Source: Amphiscolops sp. MND2022
Lineage: Eukaryota
Direction: 5' to 3'
DNA length: 64,000 nucleotides
Assembly: GCA_964187785.1 (NCBI GenBank)
Contig: OZ076409.1
Coordinates: 53,756,001-53,820,000 of the forward strand
Positions 25,650 to 36,498 of the stretch are shown piece by piece. The notes beneath the pieces were generated by a model, which ran no database searches, was not told the DNA's origin, and was given only the letters and a program-made list of their open reading frames with translations. The first letter of the stretch is position 1. Every line of letters begins with the position of its first letter. Made by a program: the position numbers and the translations under genes.

Positions 25650-27113
25650 GATTTCAAAATTGATAGACATATTCACTCACCATCATCAACTACAAATAAC
25701 TCTTCTTCTAGTTCAACACATTCACTCCAAAGATTACCTGAATAAACAGCATATTTAAATTCAGATACAGACATACTGGATTCCTCATCCTCAAATCCCA
25801 GTCCATCCGCTCCATATACTCCTGATAGAGTACCAACAACACCCACTAATACACCTATATCCCAAACTCAACCACAAATATGAACAACTCAATCACAACC
25901 TATTTCACGAAATCTAATATTTTTAGAAACAAATTCACCACTTTCTGACTCTAATGATGAAACACCTACAATACCAAATACACAAGATACTTCAGATATT
26001 TTGAATAGACCTCCTCTTCCACCGATTACTACCACTCGTTCTATTCATATCCCTGATCCTAGCTCAGTCCTACAATACATAAATTCTTGTCCACACAAAG
26101 TACCAACTGCTACGAAAACAAAAAGAAAAACTCCTTTACCTACATTACCACAAAATCTTGATTTACCATCATCAAGTAATATCCCAATAACATTTTTACC
26201 AGAACCGTCATTAAAATCACCAACGAAAAAATCACAACAATACCCAACTCCTTCACCATCGGAACTAAGTTCCTTCACATTTTCTCAAATATATCCCAAG
26301 CTTGAATTACAACGTGTACATTCAACAACTACCTCTTCATCAACAGACTTATATCATAAAGATAAAGACTCTGACTCAACTGCTAGTACTAGAGTACCAA
26401 GACATAATTATAACCTTCGATCTCAACAACAAAGAGATTCTCAAGAATTACAATCCTTAACTAGTTCAAGTACAAACTCAAGACTACTTCGACAACACGC
26501 CCAACCCAGATTGGACACTTCTTCTCTTTCCTCATCTCAGCCCTCTATACCATCTTCTCTATCACTACCATTTCAAATCACATCAGGATTTGAAACAGCC
26601 TCTCTTCTTTCTTAAGAGCCAGCAACTATATCAGATAGCGCAGCTAATTTTTCACGAGTTTACTCACCTAGTTCAATAGCCTCAAACTCCTCTACACAAT
26701 TACCTGGATATTTTTTAGAAGACTTCTCAAGACCTCCATCGCCAAATCCTCACGAATATCCTATTCGTGTTAACTCAAAAATTGTTCGCACGCTTAACGA
26801 AGATCCTCGATACACGGTATTACCTGCAAGATTTATAAAAAATAGTTCACTCTCAACTCAAAGAAAACAAAGAGAACTACGGAGATTACAAGAACAACAA
26901 CTCACATTAAAATTTGAAGTAGAAGTCACATTTAACTCGTTAGGACCTCATCCATTCTCTCTTTCAACAAGAGTAGCACATAAAACAACCCCATCACCAT
27001 TCATTGTTACCTCCATTTCCTACCTTTGTGACGCCGATTTACCTGAGATTAGAACAGGACATATAAACTTTTTTAATCCCTACTCAGGACTCAATTATAG
27101 ATCAATATTTTAA
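25650..27113 (+). pseudogene. Accessory ORF between pol and env: Ser/Thr/Pro-rich region plus a globular-looking C-terminus; several premature stops
   Basis: The frame of ORF 26001-26615 resumes after its TAA and stays open to a TAA at 27111-27113, 2 nt before the env ATG. It contains a YNLRS motif. Confidence 0.55.
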
Positions 27114-27115
27114 CC

Positions 27116-29684
27116 ATGAACCAAATCACCTTTACCTTTCATTTACTATATATAATACAAGTTGTTAAATACACGTATATAATAAATATAGTTCACTCTT
27201 TAGTTCACCCTTCAACTGTTCCCAAAGTTGACACCACCATTTCCGAAAATCATATTTCAGACCAAGATCCTAACATTTTAAACTTAATGGTATCTCATTA
27301 TGATTGTGCAAAACAAAATAACTTAAGACAATTCAGTTCATTAAATGTAGAACCATGTAAACAAGCACCCTCAGATATACAACACACAAAAACCCAAGCA
27401 ACAGTTTATGTTAGAGCAAAAGCCAAAAGAATAAAAGCCTTTAAATGTGAAGCATATATAAAGACTGAGAAAGTCTGGTAATCACAAACATTCACATCTA
27501 GTAGACGATATGATCGTTTACAATGGGGACAAAACACATTAGAACTTCCAAAAATATTGGACCCTATTGAATGCAAAAATATGATCAGATATTTAAACGC
27601 GACTGATAGCGAAGAATTAAACAACTACAATATACAAAACTCTTTCTCATTGTTCGATGATAGTAATTATCAAAACACAATTGAACGAATTCAGACACCA
27701 TTTAGAGTAAAAAAATTAAATACATGGCATATTGGAACCTTCGTATTTGACGAAAATTATCCTGATTGGATAGTTAATGTTACACAAAATACATACTCTA
27801 GATGTCGATCAGACCGCGAACATTTAATTACCCGACAAAGTTGGAAACTTAGAATTGTTAACACCGCAATAGATTATGACGATAAAAACAATCAATTAAT
27901 ACATGACGGACACATATTACCATTCAGACGGATTTTGTAAATCAACGATCAAAACTCCATATACATTAACATGGTTTGATGAAAAATTTTGCCTCATATT
28001 TCAACTTCAAGAATTTATTGGTAGAATGACACGAATCAAAGATAGATATTGGATAGAAACCGATACCTTTATTGAAACTTCAAACATCACACAAAAACTT
28101 CAAACCGAAGGAATACAAGGAACAAAATACCCTAATATAAAAACACCACAATCAAAAGTAAGCAATCCAAGCCTTTCTCGATTTGAAATATACCCAATTG
28201 CACAAACCTTCTGTGGAAAACCTGAACCATTATTTTCAACACAATATGATGACATCTTTGTTACATACTTAGATGGTTTTGATATGAACACAGGATTACC
28301 AAAACCACTTTCAATAATTGACCAAACAATTAGTGGAAATATAAAATATGATGATTCAAACAAAAGGTATATATTCCCCGCATTGAATATATCAAACAAT
28401 TTCGCCACTTTAGACTATGATGCCCACATTAATACAAAGATTGATTTCACAATAAATCATGTATTTAAATCCATGACAGTACAAGAACTAAACACTCTTC
28501 ATACAATATGTGAACTAGAAAGAACTCAACTGTTAACAATACTAGCAATGTCAGTTAAAAATCCCCAATTAGCTGGTTTTCTTTTAACTGGAAATCGTAG
28601 TAACTTTCTCTACGTTGAAGGATCTACAGCATGGCTGTATGATTGCCCTCATTTTATATCACCACTATACAAGGCAGATAAATGCTTTGATAGAATTCCT
28701 ATACACTACAGAGAAACGATAATGTATGTTGACCCAATAACAAGACAAATTTTTAACTACGCAACACCAATTGAATGTGGAAATAACCCACAAAATATAA
28801 TAGAATTAGATCCAGATTCCAACGACGGAGATTTTTATGTGTTAACACCAGAACCACTCAAACGAGAAGCACCACAAATGTTTAAACCTACCCAAATTAA
28901 AACAACAATCACTCCTAATACATTTACCGCCCAAGATGCCGGTATATACTCAAATGCAGAATTAGATCAATTCTGGAATAGAGTATTATTTGCTAAACAT
29001 TCAGACACAACTCTTCAATTACTTGGAAAATCATTAAGCTATGATTTCATTTCAATGCATAATGAAAAACACTCATACTCAGAACATAATCCCTATATTC
29101 ATTTAAGGATTGGAGTACATGACCACTTGTTAAATCTTTTACCACTTTTTAACCCTGACTGGTTCAGTCAAGCATTCATTAATTTCTTTGGATACCCATG
29201 TTATGTTTTAACCCAATGTGGAATTTATTTTTCAACATTCCTTTTCTTTAGAGAAGTTTTAACATTTTTACTCAAATTCTACAGAACAATTAGCATAAAA
29301 TATAATCTCCAAAGCAACATTTCCATTTTGAGTTCAATAGCCCATGGATTTTTCAATATAGTTACATCGGAAATGGTAACCGATTTAAATAATACAGGAA
29401 AACGAAAACGGATATATACTAAACACAAAATTACAACAAGTGAAAATGATAATATCCTATTGCCGGAAAAAGAATTAAACAATAAACGAAGACACTCTGA
29501 TACTGACTCCCCTTATTTACCTCCTAAATATTCCAGTAAGAATTCAACATTTCAATCACCGCAAAAGACACACCCAACTAATGTAAACGATATTAATTCT
29601 CAGGACTATGACCCAATAATGTCAAATGTAATAGCTGTACCGGAAAGTCCTGCTAAAGTCTTTATAAAATTTAATCCCTCCTAG
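27116..29684 (+). pseudogene. env: Envelope glycoprotein, chuvirus-G / herpes gB-like (class III fusogen type); one stop and one frameshift
   Basis: Hydrophobic N-terminus, YDC..N...SSLNVEPC, LHTICELERTQL, AWLYDC...CFDRIPIHY...YVDPITRQ....TPIEC, C-terminal TM segment (CGIYFSTFLFF..VLTFLL) and a cytoplasmic tail. Pieced together from ORFs 27116-27481, 27557-27940 and 27903-29684. Confidence 0.75.
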
Positions 29685-30105
29685 CTGAAAAGCAATAACT
29701 TAAAAAACAAATTAACCTCAAGAAAAGTTCACAAAATTATCAACCAAATTCTTCTCAGTTTCAACTTTCATTCACACCCAAATTCTCACTCGGACTGGTC
29801 TCTCCTTTTCAACTCAACTCAACTCAACTCTCAACCAAAAGACTTCAACTGGATTTTCAGTCCATCTAAACGACCGAAATCACAGAAGTTTCTATTCCTG
29901 GAATAGATGCCACTGTGATTGTTGATGTGTTCAACCCATCATTGACCCAGTATTCCCATATTGTAAGTACAATTTAAACTTTAATTTTAACAAACAATTT
30001 AATGGATAGAAAAGACATAATAAAATTTTTCCTTAGTATTAGAAAAAATGTAATCAAATGTTATAATTATTATTTTAGCTCTACAAAAACACGCAAGTTT
30101 AAATA

Positions 30106-31397
30106 ATGGAACTCTTGCCCGATATTGATGTAGTTAACTCTAATCCCTCTGAATTGCTTGCAACCCCTTTGAATATAACTATTCAACAAAATGTTAACGA
30201 AGATAATAACTCTTCCTCCAACTCTCAAGATCCTATAGAAAATATCCCTATTGAACAAGTAGATCATGTTAACACAAGATCTCAAAAAAGAAAGTACCCA
30301 GATATAACCGCAGATAAACCTTTTATGGAATCTGGCGCTTGCCCTCCTTTCATAAAACCAATTAAACAAGATGAAGATAGAGATCGTGAATTAGTTCCTA
30401 TTCTCTCGTCGAAACAATTCACATTTCAATCTCAGTTAACTTCGTTATACATGATTCCAACAAAATACAAATTCATCATCAGAGAATTTAAAAATGATTA
30501 TCATACATCAATTGCTTCAAAACTGATTACCCCATATGATTGGTGGTTAAACAATAAAATGAAAATTTTCTCACTTCAATACAACTTCCTCAGACCATCT
30601 CCATATGATCTTCGAACAGAAGAAAATGATGCAAACTTTTTGCCATATCAAATCAAAAAGGCCCACCATATGACTTATCAAAAGTTCCTTCAATATAAAG
30701 AGCCCGATAATTATATATTCTTCAACTCCAAATATACATCGCCATTCACTTTCAACTCAGAATATTTAAAAGATCATACCAAAACAAAAGGAAAACTTAG
30801 AAATTATGACCCGCTGAAACAAATTTTCTCTTCCTTCCAAATGATAACCCAAAAAGACCAATCATTGTTCCACAAGAATACCTCATTCTAAACGACGATT
30901 CGTTACTACAAGAAGATATACCTCAACATATATCTGATCCTCTTCCTCCACTTCAACAAATAGCCTCTCAACCATTGGGAGACTGTGAAAAGTCTTATTT
31001 TCACGCAATGATCAAAAAGGGATATTCAAATAATGAATTAATTTTCATTATTTCCCACCTGCTTTCACTTCTTACAAATGGAAATCAGAAAGAATATAAA
31101 AAGGCAAAACAAGAATCGCCTAAGAAAACCAAAAATGATATTCCTCAACCACAAAGTTTTCGCCCAACAGATGAATTACAGAAATATACAGAAATCCTGA
31201 ATATCATAAAACCGTATCATCATCCAAACCGAGATATTCTTATAACAATCGCTGAAATCGTAAATACCCTTGAACAAGCTCGAAGCATAATACAAAATAT
31301 CGTATTTGATACGACAAGAATTAGCCAATCAGCTTTGTGCATTCGCACATCCTTAGACGAATTCAACTACACTATTGAAAAAATGCATCGATCTTAA
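30106..31397 (+). pseudogene. Accessory ORF downstream of env, unknown function (two fragments, probably frameshifted)
   Basis: ORFs 30106-30891 and 30975-31397 lie inside the LTR boundaries and share the element's codon bias. Confidence 0.55.
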
Positions 31398-31918
31398 CTG
31401 GTAATTATGGGATAATAGCTTTAAAGTTATTAACACTTATCACTTAATCTCTTAACAACCTGTCAATATTAATTGAATCTACACGCATATGCCTGGTATG
31501 CATGATTCTAATACATGCTTGATGTTAAAATACACTTTTAAAATGAAATAACACAAAAATTTCAATCAAGACATAAAAATTTTCAACGAAATTCTTCAAT
31601 TGCTCCTCCTTTTAATGGACCGATTTCAACAAATAAGTACTTATATGAAAGATATTTAAATACCCTTCAAAAGACTTCCAAAATACAACAACTTAATAAT
31701 TAAAATTAAAAAGTTATAACATCACAAAATTCAATAAAAAAATGTCAACTACGAAATTCTATTTTCAAAGGAACTTTATTGTAAACAAACTAATCTATTT
31801 TAGGTGAATATCGTCACAACTGCTTCTTCAGCATTCCTTCCTGCTCTCAGGTCACCCATTCAAGAAGAATTCCGAAGTATCTTCTACAACTTTCAACGAA
31901 ATTTTCTCATTCTTCAAT

Positions 31919-32395
31919 ATGACAACTATCCACTCTGGCGACATTGACTGCCCAATAGCTCCTTTTCTTTCAATCTCTTCAGCTCGATTGCGATCCTTGA
32001 TCCTGAAAAAGCCTTTAACGACATTAAATGCGCAGCTTCGAACAGAAAAAAAGGCAGACCCACATCTTACAAGGATGATATTGCTTAATATGTTCCAAAT
32101 ATTCCAAATAACAAGAATAAATTTCGACCAATATCTCCATATTCATAAACATCCTGACACTTATTCAAATCAAAAGGATGCCACTACCCAAACAGAACAT
32201 ACTACCACCAAACCCAAGCGTTTAATACGAACTTTATCCAATAGAGTGCGTTCCGAAATGGAAAAACAACGTCTAAATTCATATTGGCCCTCAGATGACA
32301 ATGATGACACTGGCGAAGACCTTCAAAAAGATCCCCCAGAAGCACTTTTAGACGATAACTATCCACACAAAACATATACTTACGTTTCCTTCTAA
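31919..32395 (+). CDS. Second 3' accessory ORF fragment, unknown function
   Basis: 158-aa ORF inside the element, preceded by a candidate acceptor TTTTAG at ~31798-31803. Confidence 0.4.
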   Translation: MTTIHSGDIDCPIAPFLSISSARLRSLILKKPLTTLNAQLRTEKKADPHLTRMILLNMFQIFQITRINFDQYLHIHKHPDTYSNQKDATTQTEHTTTKPKRLIRTLSNRVRSEMEKQRLNSYWPSDDNDDTGEDLQKDPPEALLDDNYPHKTYTYVSF

Positions 32396-33429
32396 CATCA
32401 ACAGACGCCACCAACAGCACCCGTCTACTCCCATCTTCAAATTCCACATCCTCAACGAGCAACAGATCAGCACCCATCTTCAACTTCATCGCCGCCCAAC
32501 AGTTGCCCACCTTCATTCATCTGCTGACCCTTCTTCTTCCATCTTCCAATCGTCCATCGTCACCCACATGCTCAGCCGAAGATGATCGATAATTAATAAT
32601 AAAGAAAACTCAAAGAAAAAACATTGTGCACGATAACATTTCGAAAAGTTTCAAACTCATCTAATATTTCATAGAATTCAAACTCTCATCTAAATTATTC
32701 ATTATGTAGTTATTATTTCAAATTTCATCCCCACCTATATTTATTTGCCCAAAAATCTTTTATTCACACCCGTACCGATATTTATTTGCTTTATTTTTAA
32801 AGAATAATTAGTAATAATTATTATTTTTTGGTGCTATCCTATCCAAAAAATTCACAAATATTATCAACAAATCTTTTCAAATTTCAACAAAACCAGCTCA
32901 AAATCAGATCAAGCACATTGTTCAAATCAAATTCGAATAATGACAGACCCAAATTCTCAAAGTTTTCAACATTTGTTACATAACAAACCCGCCAAAGTTA
33001 ATCACAACCTGAAATCTTTTCAAACGTCTTTCACGTTTCAAAAATTTTTCTCAACAATATTATTTCTTTGACTCTTTGACCTCTAACTCGTATGATGTTT
33101 GCTCATGTTTGTTCAATGCGAAGTTCATTCAAAACTTCAACAGAAGCATAAAATTGAGCATCTACCAGTTCAAAAAACAAGCCGACGAAAGCATAGTGAA
33201 AAAGAACACTTTGACGCTTTTGAACTGTAGTCGCACCTACGAGGTGTCAATCAAAATTTTGACAATTCGAGGTACACCAATGAGTCGAACTTACACCACT
33301 CTTAACGAGACTTATGCCAATCATCCATCAAATGAAAAATGTTAACTAGCTGAAACGCTAAGAACATTTAACCAAAAATATTTTTCTTCATTTCAATTAA
33401 TGATGCTACTTTGAAATTTTATTTTATTT

Positions 33430-33444
33430 AAAAACCGGGATGGA
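33430..33444 (+). promoter_or_regulatory. Polypurine-tract-like sequence
   Basis: AAAAACCGGGATGGA immediately precedes the 3' LTR; imperfect. Confidence 0.5.
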
Positions 33445-33712
33445 TGTACTGACCTACATTAATAACCAATAGTATTTAGATGCTTATAGAATGTTCTAGA
33501 ATGTACATTTATTTGTTATTGAATGATTGTAAATCTCTACTCCTTCAGAGAGAGAAAACTAATAATCAGTATTCAGTTGACTTCCTTTTTGTTCTACTCC
33601 TAACACCTCGGAATAGTTGTAATAAAGTAAGCTAGCTAGCCTGTCTCTCAGCCGCTTTTAGTAGTTGCGTATAAGACCATCAAAACAATAACCAACCATT
33701 AAAAGCAGCACA
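33445..33712 (+). repeat. 3' LTR (268 bp)
   Basis: Direct repeat of 15311-15578. Confidence 0.95.
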
Positions 33713-33949
33713 AAAATGATTTGAAATCTGACTATTTTATGAAATCAATGGGAGGAAAGAAATAATGATGAAAAATTTGTTATTTAATGGGTTTTTTTGT
33801 GTTGATTGCCTCAATTTCATCTGCTGGAGGTTTTTTCTTTCACGTTTTGCAATAATTTTCAATGCCTAATGGTTATCTGTGATGATTGCCTCAATCCCCA
33901 GATTCTGATATAAAGTTTGGCCCTAAATGTTTTTTTAAAAAAAATTAGT

Positions 33950-34197
33950 TTTTTTAGGTCTTATTCCCTATTTTAGGCTTTATTCCCTATTTTAGGCCTT
34001 ATTCCCTAATTTAGGCCTTATTCCCGTTTTTATTTTAGGTCTTATTCTCGTTTTTTAGGTCTTTTTCCGCATTTTAGGTCTTATTCCTGTTTTTTTTGGT
34101 CTTATTCCACTACTTTTGAGTTTTAGGTCTTATTCCTTTAGGTCTTATTCCTTTTGACTTTTTAGGTCTTATTCCTTAGGTCTTTTTCCCGGTCCCC
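33950..34197 (-). repeat. Right arm: inverted tandem TTAGGTCTTATTCC repeats
   Basis: Reverse complement of the left-arm unit, about a dozen copies. Confidence 0.9.
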
Positions 34198-34312
34198 ATA
34201 TCAAGAACTACCTTTTTTGTTTACACGTCATTTCCACTTGAGATGACAATGGTGATACTAGAAAGTGATGTAGCTGACACACTACGTCACATTCAACTTG
34301 ATCATAATAGAG

Positions 34313-36276
34313 TAGGGATTGCAGTTTGATGCGGCGCGTAATATTGCATAATTAGTGCGTAATCACGTCCTTTTGATTCCCGCGTATTTTCGCATCAAAT
34401 AGCGCGTAATAAACCGATTTTCACGGCGTAGCAAGTGCGGTATGTAAACAAAAAGTTTGACTGTCAGTCATTTAATCTACTTACTGTTTTTTGTTTTAAG
34501 ATTAAAGTGCTTGTATAAAACATTACAATGTGCTATGTCTGATTCAAGCGACACAGCCTCGGAGTTCGACATTATGGTTATTCATCCTGTCCAGCCTTCA
34601 ACATCAAGCGGACCTCCTTTATCAAACAAATCACGGGCAAAACAGCTACATCTTTCAACTATGACGGCGAAACAGCGCGCGGCCAAGCCTGGAAACGACG
34701 GCTACAAATTATTCTGCAGAGTGTGCTCAAAGCACATCAACCACGAGCGGCAATCAGTACTGACTCGTCATCTTCAATCTAACAAACATAAGGAAAATTC
34801 AAGATCAAGTATTGCACCAAAACGTCAAAGAACTATTGATACGACACTTAACGCCCCAAATCAAGCAAGTTTGGAAAATTACAGAGTTGTTTCCGATTTT
34901 GTTCGTATGTTGGCCTCCGCCAAAATTCCATTCAATGTTGCCAACAATCCTGTTGTTAGACAATTTCTACACAATCATGTGCAAGGGGGAGGTGCAATAC
35001 CATCTGGTAAGAGTTTAAATCTCTATCTTAGTCGCTGCTTTAATGAGGATTACGAAAAATTAAAAGAGATGGTCAAGGACAAAAAGTTTATAATCATTTT
35101 TGACGAAACAACTGATAGTGTCGGAAGGTACGTATGTTGCGTTATGTTTGCAATCTTTCCGCCAACTGAAATTAGTGTCAAACCGATTCTTGCCGACGTC
35201 TTTTTCGAAGAAAGTGCACTTGATCACTTTGAATCATCTCAAAGCTCTACATCAGGTACAAAAGCTTCCACCTCGCCCCATAGATACCAGATGGTCTTCT
35301 ACATTTGATGCTCTTGTATACAATAGCAAATTTTTCGAATCTCTGAAGTCCTATTTACATTTGGAAAACCAGCTATCACCAGATTTAAAAGAGTTGCTTG
35401 GTATACTACAGAACAACTACAAGCAATTGGTTTTCGAAATCAAGTTCGCAAGTGTGTGAGCAGAGCGCTACATTAGAGCATTAAAAATTTTCGAGTCAGA
35501 CTTATGCGTGGGCATGTTTTTGTACGGCGCGATAGAGGATATTTGGTATGACTTGATGTCAAACAAAACCATGCCCGGTGAATCTGTGGAGCAGATACTA
35601 GATCTGATGACCGAAACTTTTACATCAGGTGAAAAAAGTATATTGATAGAACAAGTTCAAAAAGCCTCAGAGAGTGCAGAAAAAAAGTTAGCCAAATACT
35701 TTTGTGACGAGAAATCTAGCATTGAAGGAGAAATTTCAGGGTGTCACCCTGCAAGACTTTTTCTCAAGGAAATTCAGTATTTTCATCCTGTGAAATGTTT
35801 GCGGATGCCTGAATTGCCCCAATTTACCAATATTCTTGATTTCGGATCAGTTCCTGATATCGAAAAAAGACGTTTTCGCGGACTTGCGAGAGAATATCAA
35901 CTACCCACTGATGGACAAGGCATACAAAAACTTGCAAACGAAATTCAAGCAGTCATGGACTTCTGGAAAGCGTCTGCACCGTCAATTCCAATTTTATCTT
36001 CAATCGCGATGAGATATGGATTTGTATTTTGCTCTTCAGTGGCCGTTGAAAGGACGTTTAGCTATTATAACAAGCTTTTGTCCGATGAAAGACACCGTCT
36101 TGCCCCGAAAACACTCAAGGAGCTTCTGTTTTTATACGTAAATTCAGAGAGAAATAAATAATAAACAATTGAATTAGCTTGAAACAAACATGTTTTTACC
36201 GCGTAAAATCCGCATAATTTTGGAAATTCCGCGTAGTTCAGCGCATAAAATGCAGTATTTTACCGCAACCCGCATC
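34313..36276 (+). mobile_element. hAT DNA transposon, internally deleted, right TIR truncated
   Basis: Left end TAGGGATTGCAGTTTGATGCGG. The right side retains only CCGCATC. GCGTAA/GCATAA subterminal repeats occur at both ends. Confidence 0.75.
34535..36161 (+). pseudogene. hAT transposase (CGGBP1-like zinc finger N-terminus), broken
   Basis: KLFCRVC...LTRHLQSNKH zinc finger, IIFDETTD, TRWSS, FWK...SSVAVERTFS dimerization motif. Frameshift/deletion at ~35230 and a stop at ~35457. Confidence 0.85.
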
Positions 36277-36341
36277 GCATGATTCGTTAAATTTTTCGTT
36301 AAATTCATTTTAAATTCATTTCTCTCGCATGAAAAAAAAAT

Positions 36342-36470
36342 TGTAATGGAAATCTTTGAATAATTTGTCACGTGCCATTATTATTATTGTCAAGATTGAA
36401 TAAAGTGATTCATCAACGTCAAGAGTTTCGACCCCCAATTAAAGTAAGATCATTCCAGTTTTCTTCTACA
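36342..36470 (+). repeat. BEL 5' LTR (129 bp)
   Basis: TGTAATGG...TTCTACA; 5 mismatches to 41882-42010. Confidence 0.9.
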
Positions 36471-36474
36471 TTTT

Positions 36475-36484
36475 TGGTGACCCC
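36475..36484 (+). promoter_or_regulatory. Primer-binding site, probably tRNA-Trp
   Basis: TGGTGACCCC just after the LTR matches the start of the tRNA-Trp-type PBS. Confidence 0.6.
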
Positions 36485-36498
36485 TCCGACAATTTTGA

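Larger units (their letters stand above)
15311..33712 (+). mobile_element. Giant (18.4 kb) env-bearing Ty3/Gypsy LTR retroelement, full length but decayed
   Basis: Two 268-bp TG...CA LTRs, PBS-like TGG after the 5' LTR, purine-rich tract before the 3' LTR, domain order gag-PR-RT-RNaseH-IN, and AAAA on both flanks (possible 4-bp TSD). Confidence 0.95.
14725..34197. mobile_element. Non-autonomous foldback-like TIR DNA element (~1.07 kb when empty), split by the Gypsy insertion
   Basis: Left end GGGGGAACGGAATAAGACCTAAGGAATAAGACCTAA; right end (reverse complement) GGGGACCGGGAAAAAGACCTAAGGAATAAGACCTAA. Perfect 8-bp TSD ATATCAAG at 14717-14724 and 34198-34205. Confidence 0.85.
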
